A stretch of DNA of 57,502 nucleotides from a virus. Its lineage: Duplodnaviria; Caudoviricetes. Below, in pieces: positions 28,815 to 38,345 of this stretch (positions are counted from its first letter, which is position 1; every line of letters begins with the position of its first letter). The stretch spans positions 1 to 57,502 of the IMG/VR virus record IMGVR_UViG_3300028410_000013, one strand, 5' to 3'. The notes under the pieces were generated by a model. It was not told where the DNA came from and ran no database searches. It saw nothing but the letters and a program-made list of their open reading frames with translations. A program made the translations under genes and the position numbers.

Positions 28815-29380
28815 GCGGCTACTTCTTTGTTCCAGACCTCTTCAAGCTTCATCTCACGGATGAACTCTACGAGGAATTCGCGGTCGTAGTTCTTGAGTAA
28901 GAACTTCCGGGAGTTTCTGCGTGCCCGGAAGAGGCGGGACATGACAGTACCTACAGGCACATCGAGTATTTCAGCCGCCTCTTTGTACGACTTGTCTTTA
29001 AGGTCGCACAGTACGAGCGTATCGAAGAAAGGCTTTGACAGCGCATCTTCAAGGGCAACCAGTAAGGCTTCAAACACGCTCTGGCTGATTATCGTCTCAT
29101 CCGTGAACACCTCATCTTGGCTCTGGAGGAAGTGCTTCTCACTTTCCAGAATCTCACTTTTCCGCTTGTTCCTGCGGTAGGTGTTGATGAAGGTGTTGTG
29201 CATGATGGTGTACAGCCATGCCCGAAGATTCGTGCCGGGCTTGAACTGGTGCTTATACCTCAATGCACGGACATACGTGTTCTGCAACAGATCAAGGGCG
29301 TCTGCTTCGTTCTTGCAGTACTTCAATGCCTTTGTGTACAACCCCTTAGAGTAGACAGTTAGCTCTTTCTCAAATTCCAT
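28811..29380 (-). CDS. ECF (RpoE-like) sigma-70 factor
   Basis: DLLQNTYVRA, FKPGTNLRAWLYTIMHN, SYKEAAEILDVPVGTVMSRLFRAR; ATG 29380. Confidence 0.93.
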   Translation of the reverse strand: MEFEKELTVYSKGLYTKALKYCKNEADALDLLQNTYVRALRYKHQFKPGTNLRAWLYTIMHNTFINTYRRNKRKSEILESEKHFLQSQDEVFTDETIISQSVFEALLVALEDALSKPFFDTLVLCDLKDKSYKEAAEILDVPVGTVMSRLFRARRNSRKFLLKNYDREFLVEFIREMKLEEVWNKEVAA

Positions 29381-29408
29381 TTCGACCACCTGTAGGTTCG
29401 ATGCGACG

Positions 29409-29948
29409 ATGAAAATTCACGACCTGATTGATACGCCTAACCCCGATGCCCGCAGGTTTGTTCTCGACGCAAATGTGGTACCTGTCTTCGCAAACGTTAG
29501 TGCTCGTAAAGGTACCACACCAGACCATGCGCTGGCAAAGGACTTACTCGACATCGACGGAGTGGTGGAAATATTCCTCCAAGGCAGTTGGGTGACCATC
29601 ACCCGTGAACCTAACGTGCCGTGGGACACGCTCTCACGTCGGGTTGCCGTAACCCTTCGTCAGTACCAACCTCAAAATGAGGCTGGATTTGAGCGGGGTA
29701 CAGACGGCCTCCCTGACGAAGATCCCCGGTCAGACCGGATTCGGCAGGTGATACAACAGGCTGTCGCGCCCTACTTAAACAGTCACGGGGGGTCGCTCCG
29801 ACTGGTCGCTCTAGAGGGCAGTACCCTGTTCGTGCAATACCAAGGGGCTTGCTCGGGATGCCCAGCTTCAATGACAGGTACCCTAATGGGGGTTGAAAGC
29901 CTGTTACAGAAAGAGGTTGACCCGGCGTTAACCGTGACAGCAATCTAA
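29409..29948 (+). CDS. NfuA/NifU-family Fe-S carrier
   Basis: TPNP Nfu_N domain; PYLNSHGG...GACSGCPAS. Confidence 0.92.
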   Translation: MKIHDLIDTPNPDARRFVLDANVVPVFANVSARKGTTPDHALAKDLLDIDGVVEIFLQGSWVTITREPNVPWDTLSRRVAVTLRQYQPQNEAGFERGTDGLPDEDPRSDRIRQVIQQAVAPYLNSHGGSLRLVALEGSTLFVQYQGACSGCPASMTGTLMGVESLLQKEVDPALTVTAI

Positions 29949-29953
29949 TTTTA

Positions 29954-30240
29954 GGTGGAAACCCGGAGCTTGCGCCTCCGGTGACTTCCACCGGGAGCGT
30001 TACTCAAGGTTAGAAGGAAGTCAGCAGAGACGTGTGGCGGAAATGGTCGCCGGTACTGCGAGTTCGATATTTTGGCCTTTTGAGCCGCCGTTCGAGCGAA
30101 GGCCACACATATCGAGACCCGAATCCAAAGCATACCCGTACGCAACCACAAACGATGTACTCGTCAGGGGCCAACTGGTATGGTTTTGGGTGTGTCTTAA
30201 CAAGGGTCCATCTCCGTGTGTCTTCGCACGAGGTTCTAAT
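29954..30240 (-). ncRNA. Candidate structured non-coding RNA
   Basis: Four long stems in an intergenic gap with no convincing ORF; promoter-like motif on minus strand at 30263-30251. Confidence 0.4.
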
Positions 30241-30327
30241 TGTGAGACAATATAAACGAATCACCGGATAAAACAAGTCCCTTGCTAATTTTCTTGAGGA
30301 TGTGCTAGTCTTCGGGGCAGAACTACA

Positions 30328-32262
30328 GTGGAGAATTGCGTGGCTTACGAAGCAGAATCAATCAAGGTGTTGGAGAATCGAGATGCTGTCCGGCAGCGCC
30401 CCGGCATGTATATCGGGGGTACAGGCAAAGCGGGATACCACCACTTGATCTGGGAGGTTGTGGACAACTCAGTTGACGAGGCCATGAACGGACACGCTTC
30501 TGTTATTGATGTGACGCTAGCCGAGGATGGGAAGACTATCACCGTCACCGATAATGGGCGTGGCATTCCTACGGCGAAGCATCCTGAGAAGAAAGTCAGT
30601 ACGGTACAGGTGGTTTTTACAGTGCTTCACGCCGGGGGCAAATTCACACCGGGGTCTTATGGGGCTTCGGGAGGGTTGCACGGCGTCGGTGCCAGCGTCG
30701 TCAACTTCCTTAGCTCTCGCCTCTATGTCAAAGTATGGAGGGCTGGGGAGGTGCACGAGCAAGAGTACTCACAGGGTACCCCGAATTCTAAGCTCAAAAA
30801 AACAGGCTCTTGTTCTAGTAGGAAGACGGGTACCGAAGTGACTTTCACACCGGACCCCGAGATATTTGGGAACCAGTCTTTTGACACCGACATGATCGCG
30901 GAGCGGTTGGAGATCAAGACGTACCTCAATAAGGGGCTTCGTATTCGGTTTAAGGATGAACAGGCCGGGACCGAGGTCACCTATCAGCATGATGGCGGCG
31001 TGGCAGAGTTTCTAGGAGATGTGGTCAAGATTGCGAAGGTACCTCCTATCCACCTCGAACCCATCGTTATGGAGCAAGAGTCTAAAGGCGTGCGGCTCGA
31101 TATTGCTTTCCAGTGGACTGAGGACACCAAAGAGGATACCCGCTCTTTCGTGAACACGATACCTACTAAGAGTGGGGGTACACACGAGAATGGGTTCCGA
31201 AGTGGTCTTATGAAAGCCCTACGGACCTATTTCGAGGTGAATGGCTCTATTCCCAAGAGCCTTGACGTTGGTGCGGAGGATATACGGGAAGGCTTAAAGG
31301 CGGCAGTATCCATCTTCTTTGAAGGGGACATGGAGATTGAGGGGCAGACTAAGGAGCGGCTGAATAACACTGAGATTCAGCCTATCGTCACAACGGCGGT
31401 CAAGAATTTCCTCGAACACTACCTGCTCAACAATAGTTCGGTTGCCGAAGCCATTACAAACCGAATCATTCAAGCTGCTAAGGCACGGGCCGCTAGCCGC
31501 TCTGCTTCTCAGCATGTTCGCCGCAAGAAGCCTATCTCCAAGAAGCTCACTCTCCCCGGCAAGCTGGCCGACTGTACGTCCACCGATGCTGCTGAGTGTG
31601 AACTGTTTATTGTGGAGGGGGACTCGGCTGGGGGCAATGCTAAACAGGGGCGTGATCGGCGCACGCAAGCTATTCTCCCCTTGCGCGGTAAGGTCTTGAA
31701 CACCGAGTCTGCACCCCTCAAGAGCGTCCTGAAAAACAAGGAAATCGGGGACATCGTAGAAGCACTTGGCTGTGGGATGGACGATAAGTACGACGGGTCC
31801 AAGTTGCGTTACCACAAAATTATCTTGCTGATGGATGCGGACAGTGATGGTCACCACATTACGACCCTGATGCTCACGTTCTTCTATCGCTACATGCCTC
31901 AGTTGATTCTCGACGGGCACCTCTACATCGCTCAACCACCATTGTACCGCATAATCTCAGGCTCTGAGGTACATTGGGCTATTGACGACGGGGAGAAAGA
32001 CGCCGTGCTAGCACAGCTAGGCATGAGAAAAGCTGCGAAGGCGGACATCTCACGGTTCAAGGGCCTCGGGGAGATGATGAAAGACACGTTACGGGACACC
32101 ACTCTTGATCCTGCTACCCGAGTCTTGTTACCTGTAGAGGTACCGGCATCTTTGGCGGACGAGACGGACGAAACCATTACGTCTCTGTTAGGCCGTAATG
32201 CGAGTGCCCGGTACGACTTTATTATCGCAAATCTGGAATCTGTGGAAGAGTTGGACATTTGA
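30328..32262 (+). CDS. gyrB: Type IIA topoisomerase B subunit (GyrB/ParE)
   Basis: VRQRPGMYIG, EVVDNSVDE, DNGRG, LHAGGKF, GGLHGVG, EGDSAGG, PLRGK, DADSDG, RFKGLGEM. Confidence 0.95.
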   Translation: MENCVAYEAESIKVLENRDAVRQRPGMYIGGTGKAGYHHLIWEVVDNSVDEAMNGHASVIDVTLAEDGKTITVTDNGRGIPTAKHPEKKVSTVQVVFTVLHAGGKFTPGSYGASGGLHGVGASVVNFLSSRLYVKVWRAGEVHEQEYSQGTPNSKLKKTGSCSSRKTGTEVTFTPDPEIFGNQSFDTDMIAERLEIKTYLNKGLRIRFKDEQAGTEVTYQHDGGVAEFLGDVVKIAKVPPIHLEPIVMEQESKGVRLDIAFQWTEDTKEDTRSFVNTIPTKSGGTHENGFRSGLMKALRTYFEVNGSIPKSLDVGAEDIREGLKAAVSIFFEGDMEIEGQTKERLNNTEIQPIVTTAVKNFLEHYLLNNSSVAEAITNRIIQAAKARAASRSASQHVRRKKPISKKLTLPGKLADCTSTDAAECELFIVEGDSAGGNAKQGRDRRTQAILPLRGKVLNTESAPLKSVLKNKEIGDIVEALGCGMDDKYDGSKLRYHKIILLMDADSDGHHITTLMLTFFYRYMPQLILDGHLYIAQPPLYRIISGSEVHWAIDDGEKDAVLAQLGMRKAAKADISRFKGLGEMMKDTLRDTTLDPATRVLLPVEVPASLADETDETITSLLGRNASARYDFIIANLESVEELDI

Positions 32263-32468
32263 CTAAAATGCCCACCTTGACTACGCATTCAAGCGTGGTC
32301 GTTTAGTCAACGGGAGTGGTCATGTTGCGGAATTTCTGTGATGCGCAAGCCCTATTCTTAGAGGATACTAACCCTCAGGTTTCGGCAACCTATCATGCTC
32401 TCGCCAACGCGATGGAAAAAATCGAAGCGGCTTCTCTGCGCTACTTCCTCCAGCCTAATGAGTGAGGG

Positions 32469-32497
32469 TTGACCTACTTCCTAAAGAGGAGTACGAT
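32469..32497 (+). promoter_or_regulatory. sigma70-type promoter upstream of lon
   Basis: TTGACC-17 nt-TACGAT. Confidence 0.6.
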
Positions 32498-32618
32498 GGC
32501 CCGTGGTCCACAAGAACGGCCCCGAATTAGAACACCTTTACGGCTTGCAAAATAGGACAGTGTGTCATACGCTCCCTGTGCGAGTCATTCTACAAAGGCA
32601 CCTTCAGGATAGTAAAAT

Positions 32619-34964
32619 ATGGCAACCAAGGAATACCCGGTTCTCCCCCTTCGGAACACCGTTCTCTTCCCCACGACAGTGGTCCCTATCAACATTGGCA
32701 GACCCAAGAGCGTCGCCCTACTGGAAGCTGTGGTCGAAGCGGATAAGATGCCCTTCGTGCTTATCTCCCAGAGGCAACTTGACACCATTGAACCCGGCAT
32801 TGAAGACCTATACGATGTCGGCACGGTGGCCGAAGTCAAGAAGGTCATGACGCAGGGAGACGCTTATACCGCCATTGTTCAAGGCCAGCAGCGGGTACGA
32901 ATGCTCTCTATGTCCTTTGATGAGGATAAAGGCTACTTCGTAGGTACCTTTGAGCCAGTTGAAGAGATCCGCTCTCATGACGAGGAAGAGGACGCCCTCA
33001 TTCAGACCCTCAAAGAAACGGCGATTGAGGTTATCGAGAACAGCAAAGAGATACCCTCTGAGTCTGTTCAGATGGTCCAATCTAAGATGGACCCTTCGGA
33101 GATTACAGATTTCATCATCTCTTCTACCGAGTTGGATGTACCCTCCAAGCAAGAGTTCTTGTCGGAGTCGGACATTAATGTCCGACTTGAGAAGTGTATC
33201 GCTGTGATGTCTCAGCAAATTCAAGCCTCTAGGGTACAAGCAGAGGTCCAGCAACAGGTACGGGCCGAAGCGGATAAGACGCAGAAAGAATACTATCTGC
33301 GCCAGCAACTCAAAGCTATCAAAGAGCAGTTGGGAACCTACGATGATGAGGTTGAAGAGTTGGAGGTCCGCATTGCGGAAGCGGGTATGCCGGTGGAGGC
33401 TTACGAAGCTGCAATGAAGCAGTTCAACCGACTGGCAGGTATGCAGCCAAGCTCTTCGGAGTACAGCGTCATCCTCAATTACCTTGAAACACTCATTGAC
33501 GTGCCGTGGAAGACCCGCTCCGAGGACAACCTGAATCTCGAACGGGCGCAAGAAATCCTTGATGATGACCATTACGGCCTCGATAAGGTCAAGAAACGTA
33601 TCATCGAATACCTTGCCGTCCGTGGCCTCAAAGATGACATGAAGGGGCCTATCCTGTGTCTTCACGGACCTCCGGGAGTTGGCAAAACCTCACTTGGCCG
33701 CTCGATTGCCCGAACACTTGGCCGAAAGTTTCAACGTATCTCTCTGGGTGGCGTCCATGACGAGTCTGAGATTCGCGGTCACCGTCGCACCTATGTCGGT
33801 GCCTTGCCGGGTCGCTTGGTCCAAGCCCTGACCAAAGCAGGCACGAACAATCCGGTCATTCTTCTCGATGAGATTGATAAGGTCAGCCGAGACTTTAGAG
33901 GCGACCCAAGTGCGGCTCTCCTAGAGGTTCTGGACCCAGAGCAGAATCATGCGTTCAATGACCACTATCTTGAAGTGGACCTTGACTTGTCGAAGGTGCT
34001 TTTCATTGCGACGGCGAATCAACTTGACACGGTTTCGCCGCCCCTCCGTGACCGGATGGAAATCATCGACGTGCCGAGCTATACGCTCTACGAGAAGCAG
34101 CAAATTGCCCAGAAGTATTTGGTACCTAAGCAAGTCGAAGCACACGGTATTTCGGACAGCAACGTCGAGTTCCCTGTCGAATCAGTCAAGTACGTCATAG
34201 ACAAGTATACCCGTGAGGCGGGCGTTCGTAACCTAGAGCGCCGGATGGCCGACCTGTGCCGTAACGTAGCGGTAGAGGTTGCCAAGACGGACCCTGAGGA
34301 TAGAGCCGACATTCACGTGGTGGTTGATGAACCGTTCGTACAAGATGCCCTTGGACCAGAGCGGTACATCTCAGAAATGGCTCAGAGGGTGAATATGGTA
34401 GGGGTCGCAACGGGCCTTGCTTGGACTCAGGCCGGGGGAGACATTCTCTTCATTGAGGCGCAACAGATGCCGGGCAAGGGCGAACTCAAGCTGACAGGCC
34501 AGCTTGGAGACGTCATGAAAGAGTCTGTCCACGCCGCTCTGTCTTACATCCGTGCACACTCCAAGCAGCTTAAAGTCGATGCTGATTTGGGGGAGCGGAA
34601 ACAAGACCTCCATATTCATGTCCCAGCGGGCGCTATCCCCAAGGATGGACCTTCGGCAGGCATTACGATGTTCACAGCACTGCTTAGTCGTCTAAGCGAC
34701 AGGAAGGTCCGTAAGGACGTTGCCATGACCGGGGAAATCACTCTCAGCGGTAATGTCCTCCCTGTAGGAGGCATCAAAGAGAAGGTCATCGCGGCACACC
34801 GTGCGGGGATTAAGACCATCATCATGCCTGCCATCTGTGAGAAGGATCTTGTGGACGTTGAAGCCGACGTACGCAATGACCTATCCTTCCACTTTGTTGA
34901 CGATGTAGAGGAACTGTTGCCTCTGGTATTTGAGTCGGAAGCGGAAGAGGAACCGGTTGGTTGA
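32619..34964 (+). CDS. lon: ATP-dependent Lon protease
   Basis: PVLPLRN N-domain, [24 protein letters not shown] (Ser), GGIKEK (Lys). Confidence 0.97.
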   Translation: MATKEYPVLPLRNTVLFPTTVVPINIGRPKSVALLEAVVEADKMPFVLISQRQLDTIEPGIEDLYDVGTVAEVKKVMTQGDAYTAIVQGQQRVRMLSMSFDEDKGYFVGTFEPVEEIRSHDEEEDALIQTLKETAIEVIENSKEIPSESVQMVQSKMDPSEITDFIISSTELDVPSKQEFLSESDINVRLEKCIAVMSQQIQASRVQAEVQQQVRAEADKTQKEYYLRQQLKAIKEQLGTYDDEVEELEVRIAEAGMPVEAYEAAMKQFNRLAGMQPSSSEYSVILNYLETLIDVPWKTRSEDNLNLERAQEILDDDHYGLDKVKKRIIEYLAVRGLKDDMKGPILCLHGPPGVGKTSLGRSIARTLGRKFQRISLGGVHDESEIRGHRRTYVGALPGRLVQALTKAGTNNPVILLDEIDKVSRDFRGDPSAALLEVLDPEQNHAFNDHYLEVDLDLSKVLFIATANQLDTVSPPLRDRMEIIDVPSYTLYEKQQIAQKYLVPKQVEAHGISDSNVEFPVESVKYVIDKYTREAGVRNLERRMADLCRNVAVEVAKTDPEDRADIHVVVDEPFVQDALGPERYISEMAQRVNMVGVATGLAWTQAGGDILFIEAQQMPGKGELKLTGQLGDVMKESVHAALSYIRAHSKQLKVDADLGERKQDLHIHVPAGAIPKDGPSAGITMFTALLSRLSDRKVRKDVAMTGEITLSGNVLPVGGIKEKVIAAHRAGIKTIIMPAICEKDLVDVEADVRNDLSFHFVDDVEELLPLVFESEAEEEPVG

Positions 34965-35235
34965 GATGATGGTCATATGCCCCTCATGCTCCGGGGAGAA
35001 GGTGGATTTTACGACCTTCGTAACCGACGGGTGTGAGGAATGTGAAGGAACAGGTGAGCTTAATGGAGCCTGCTTGGACTGTGGTGGGGCAGGGTGTGGA
35101 ACCTGCGCCGGAACAGGCGAACTTCACGGTCTCCCATGTCCTGTATGTGACGGCATGGGAGACATTGAGCATCACCCTAAATGTTTGGAATGCAGAGGCA
35201 CTGGATGGCGACCAAACCCGCTCTTCGGGAGCTAA
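34965..35235 (+). CDS. Stand-alone DnaJ-like zinc-finger protein
   Basis: Six CxxCxGxx repeats; ATG at 34965 in listed frame. Confidence 0.75.
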
Positions 35236-35277
35236 AGTTAGGAACAAAACGATGCTCGCAATAGTTTGAACACACAT

Positions 35278-35350
35278 GCACCCGTAGCTCAGTGGACAGA
35301 GCAGGAGCCTTCTAAGCTCTTGGCCGCAGGTTCAAATCCTGCCGGGTGTG
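35278..35350 (+). tRNA. tRNA-Arg(TCT)
   Basis: GCACCCG/CGGGTGT acceptor; GGAGC-CTTCTAA-GCTCT; GGTTCAAATCC; no encoded CCA. Confidence 0.93.
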
Positions 35351-35371
35351 CTAGACAACTGCGGAGGATAA

Positions 35372-35578
35372 GTGGACGAAAAACTGAAATGTCCTAAATG
35401 CGATGGCGAGTTAACGCGCCCCTACCGTCATCCTTTTTCCAGCTTTTTTGCTGGCGCAGTTTATTGTGCCTCCTGCGAATTCTCCGAAGGTCTCATCCCC
35501 TTCTTAGGGAAGAGCCTTTTTCCGGTAGAACCTATGCCTGAACCTTATCTCGGATTCGGAGAGGAGTCAGATGAGTGA
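35372..35578 (+). CDS. Small zinc-ribbon protein
   Basis: GGAGG RBS; CPKC...CASC. Confidence 0.7.
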   Translation: MDEKLKCPKCDGELTRPYRHPFSSFFAGAVYCASCEFSEGLIPFLGKSLFPVEPMPEPYLGFGEESDE

Positions 35579-36113
35579 GTCTAACGCCGTAATGAAGGCA
35601 ATCAAGGACGCCCTAAGCGATTCCTTGATTGGCCCCTTCTATGTGGCCTTAGAGGAACTGTTATCGGAACTCGATGCCCGTGAAGCTGCCTTAGACGCCC
35701 GTGAAGCTGCCTTAGACGCCCGCGCCCTAGACTTAGAGCGGGTTAAACAGGATAAGGTGGCCACGGATATCTCTCAGAAGAGGTATACTCCCCCGTCAAC
35801 TTACGACAAGAACGGAACCTCGTATGTTGAGGTCGAAGCCTTGCCTGACAGGGAGCGCCACGTCTTAGCCACCATACAGGTCTTAGCGTCTAGTGGCGAG
35901 CTTTTGATCTCGAATGCTGACTTGCTCCAACACGTTAGGACGGAATTTGATCCCGTATCACTGAGCGGCCTGACGGCTTGCTTGACTCGCCTCACCCATA
36001 AAGGACTTATATCTACTAGGAATATGAGTGGTCAGGGGTATCCTCGCATCATTGTGGTGGAGGAAGAGCTAGAAGACCCTGAGTCTTTGACCCATGTGGA
36101 GTATTCCAAATGA
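35571..36113 (+). CDS. Coiled-coil plus winged-helix protein
   Basis: LDAREAA repeats (21-bp tandem); LTRLTHKGLI wHTH. Confidence 0.65.
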   Translation: MSESNAVMKAIKDALSDSLIGPFYVALEELLSELDAREAALDAREAALDARALDLERVKQDKVATDISQKRYTPPSTYDKNGTSYVEVEALPDRERHVLATIQVLASSGELLISNADLLQHVRTEFDPVSLSGLTACLTRLTHKGLISTRNMSGQGYPRIIVVEEELEDPESLTHVEYSK

Positions 36114-36432
36114 CAGATTTCGGCCAGAGTAGCAGCGGCGACTTCAACACATCATCTTCGGCCCTCAGGGTTCTCTATGAGGGGACGCGCCAGACCTACG
36201 GCACCAACCTGACGCCCGATTCGTTCACACAAACCAATCCACCTGTGATCCTCTGGACTGGCAGGTAGGTGATTTCCTCTATGCCAGCCGTAATGGGTAT
36301 CTCACGAACCTTGGGGATGCTGACAACACCCTAGAACTTGCGCTCGGATACTCCGAAGCAACCGTCATGGGTCTTGTCCGAATTGTTGCGGACAACTCTC
36401 ACCCAGACATCGTGTTTGATCCTCCTGTTTAA
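36110..36432 (+). pseudogene. Internally deleted/frameshifted gene remnant, possibly of a virion (capsid decoration-like) gene
   Basis: MTDFGQSSSGDFNTSSSALRVLY...FTQTNPPV joins, in a shifted frame at TGATCCTC, WQVGDFLYASRNGYLTN...DIVFD. Confidence 0.45.
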
Positions 36433-36483
36433 AAGGACACTTTGTCACTTTTCATCTCTATGATCCTCCGGTTTAAAGGACAC
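36417..36483 (+). repeat. Imperfect 23-24-bp direct repeat TGATCCTCC(T/G)GTTTAAA(A)GGACAC
   Basis: Copies at 36417-36440 and 36461-36483; 8-bp core also at 36246. Confidence 0.85.
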
Positions 36484-36528
36484 AGTTTTCAGAAATGAAA
36501 TGAGGCTGTTCGTGGTTCTACCCTTGAC

Positions 36529-36600
36529 GCCACCATAGCTCAGGGGTAGAGTCCTTGCATGGTAAGCAAGTGGTCGTGAGTTCGAATCTCACTGGTGGCT
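36529..36600 (+). tRNA. tRNA-Thr(GGT)
   Basis: GCCACCA/TGGTGGC; CTTGC-ATGGTAA-GCAAG; TTCGAAT loop. Confidence 0.88.
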
Positions 36601-36607
36601 TGAGTCT

Positions 36608-36682
36608 GGTACCTGAGGCGAAACTGGTTTACGCGCCGCACTGTGACTGCGGTTCTAGTGGGTTCGAGTCCCATCAGGTACC
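36608..36682 (+). tRNA. tRNA-His(GTG)
   Basis: G-1:C73; GTACCTG/CAGGTAC; CCGCA-CTGTGAC-TGCGG. Confidence 0.88.
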
Positions 36683-36771
36683 CTAGCTTTGGATTAGCCG
36701 ATGTACATTACCTTCAGGCAAGAGGTTAATGAATCCGGCGACTTGGGTCGTAAGGCTCGCAATAGTTTCGG

Positions 36772-37101
36772 TTGATCTCGTGCCTTCCCCCGGTACCATT
36801 CTCCGATGCTAGGCTGCATTTCTTAGAGACCGTTAGACGAGACCTTGCTATGTACCTGCCGGAAGAGGACTTTTTGGAGTTCGCAAAGGAATATGTCACG
36901 GCGGCGGGCAGTTCCTTAGATGAAGTGACCTTCCAGAAAGGAAGTTCGGCCCTTGGGCTTGTGGACATCTCAGGGATGGTTTGCGTACAATGCAGGCAAG
37001 ACCCGCTTGGGTATGAGATATTCGAGTTTGAAGATGAAAGCGGGGAGAAGGTTCTTTTGATGAACTGTCGGATGACCTCTAGGTGGGTGTCCGTCCAGTA
37101 A
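36772..37101 (+). CDS. Hypothetical protein
   Basis: 109-aa protein-like ORF between tRNAs; start uncertain. Confidence 0.5.
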   Translation: MISCLPPVPFSDARLHFLETVRRDLAMYLPEEDFLEFAKEYVTAAGSSLDEVTFQKGSSALGLVDISGMVCVQCRQDPLGYEIFEFEDESGEKVLLMNCRMTSRWVSVQ

Positions 37102-37103
37102 GT

Positions 37104-37176
37104 GCCACTGTAGCTCAATTGGAAGAGCAGCCGCCTTGTAAGCGGCAGGTTATCGGTTCGAGTCCGATTAGTGGCT
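37104..37176 (+). tRNA. tRNA-Thr(TGT)
   Basis: GCCACTG/TAGTGGC; GCCGC-CTTGTAA-GCGGC. Confidence 0.93.
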
Positions 37177-37178
37177 TT

Positions 37179-37544
37179 TCACTCTACAGGCGAAGCGTGC
37201 CCTGCTTCGAGCAGCACTTGGTTGAGGGAGAGGTAGCGTTCCCCTTCTTCGGGTTCGGTGGGCGTTATCTCTACTAACCACCGCCCATATTTACCTGTAC
37301 CCTTGTGGGATACGACCCGTACCACTTCCCCTTGCTTTTCAAACCACTTTTCGGTGAAGGCCGATGCCAGCTTCCCTTGTGCGTACTCCTCACTAGAGTG
37401 TTTGACCCCATAGACCTCTGGGGTGTCTACCCCGAGAAGTCTCGCCCTTATCTGTATGTAGGTTCGGAAGCCGAGGTCAATGCGCAGGTCCACAGTGTCC
37501 CCATCAACGACTCGTACTAAAGTAGCTTGGTATTCCCAGATCAC
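37179..37544 (-). CDS. Thermonuclease (SNase) family protein
   Basis: RVVDGDTV, RLLGVDTPE, GKYGRWL, LNQVLLEAGHA. Confidence 0.92.
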   Translation of the reverse strand: MIWEYQATLVRVVDGDTVDLRIDLGFRTYIQIRARLLGVDTPEVYGVKHSSEEYAQGKLASAFTEKWFEKQGEVVRVVSHKGTGKYGRWLVEITPTEPEEGERYLSLNQVLLEAGHASPVE

Positions 37545-37601
37545 GTAATTCTCCTGTTGGAAGTTACCTTACCCTGTGGTATAAGGGGATAACCACATCA
37601 C

Positions 37602-37682
37602 GCCGGAGTGGTGGAATGGCAGACACGCCGGATTCAAAATCCGGTGCCTTCGGGCGTGCGGGTTCGAGTCCCGCCTCCGGTA
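37602..37682 (+). tRNA. tRNA-Leu(CAA)
   Basis: GCCGGAG/CTCCGGT; CCGGA-TTCAAAA-TCCGG; variable arm. Confidence 0.94.
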
Positions 37683-37691
37683 CTTATGACT

Positions 37692-37774
37692 GCGGGTGTG
37701 GTGGAATGGTATACACATGGGACTTAAAATCCCACGGCTTAACGGCCTTGAGGGTTCGAATCCCTCCACCCGCA
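37692..37774 (+). tRNA. tRNA-Leu(TAA)
   Basis: GCGGGTG/CACCCGC; TGGGA-CTTAAAA-TCCCA; variable arm. Confidence 0.94.
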
Positions 37775-37802
37775 CTAGTGTTTTAATCAAGAGAGAAGAC
37801 CA

Positions 37803-38345
37803 ATGCAAAAAGTTTTACTAGAGTCCCCTTTCGCCGGTACGTCGAGTGACCCGGTAGAGAAGAAAGCGCAGGAAGATGAGAATGTACGGTATGCCCGAGC
37901 TTGTATGAGGGACAGCCTTCTCAAGGGGGAGGCCCCGTACGCTTCTCACCTCCTGTATACGCAGGAAGGCATCTTGGATGATGACATTCTTGAGGAGCGG
38001 ACACAAGGTATTGACGCCGGTCTAATCTGGGGCGCAGAGGCGGACAAGACTGTGATCTACGTGGACCGTGGCTTTTCGCGAGGTATGAGGTATGGTGTGG
38101 CAAATGCTCTCGCAGCAGACCGCCCGCTGGAATTCCGAGTCCTACCTGATTACTTCCAAGAATTCGGCACCACGAGCGTTGTCGACCGCCGCATTCTCTC
38201 TGAGTTCCCTGTCAAAGACGTAGACTCACTCCTGAAAGGCTTTATCGCAGACCTACAGAAGGTCGGAAAGTTGCCCGGAGAAGACTTCGCAGAAGACGTA
38301 TTCGCCCTTTTCAACACCACCCCAACACAGGACACCGCAGCATGA
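37803..38345 (+). CDS. Nucleoside 2-deoxyribosyltransferase-like (DUF4406-related) protein
   Basis: LESPFAG...YARAC...GEAPYASHLLYTQ...SRGMRYG. Confidence 0.65.
   Translation: MQKVLLESPFAGTSSDPVEKKAQEDENVRYARACMRDSLLKGEAPYASHLLYTQEGILDDDILEERTQGIDAGLIWGAEADKTVIYVDRGFSRGMRYGVANALAADRPLEFRVLPDYFQEFGTTSVVDRRILSEFPVKDVDSLLKGFIADLQKVGKLPGEDFAEDVFALFNTTPTQDTAA

Noticed and set aside
29950-30290. tmRNA, SRP RNA, RNase P RNA or hammerhead assignment for the structured region
   Set aside because: The minus-strand 3' end looks T-arm/acceptor-like but has no matching 5' strand or tag ORF. GAAGGAAG..CAGC lacks the SRP helix. CTGACGA is not followed by the GAAA needed after stem II.
31294-33665. Long antisense ORFs (213 aa, 285 aa) and other minus-strand ORFs over core genes
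   Set aside because: Shadow frames of gyrB, lon and the sheath caused by codon bias; no RBS or recognisable motifs
36417-36483. Mini CRISPR array
   Set aside because: Only two imperfect repeats with a 20-bp spacer, and no cas genes in the window
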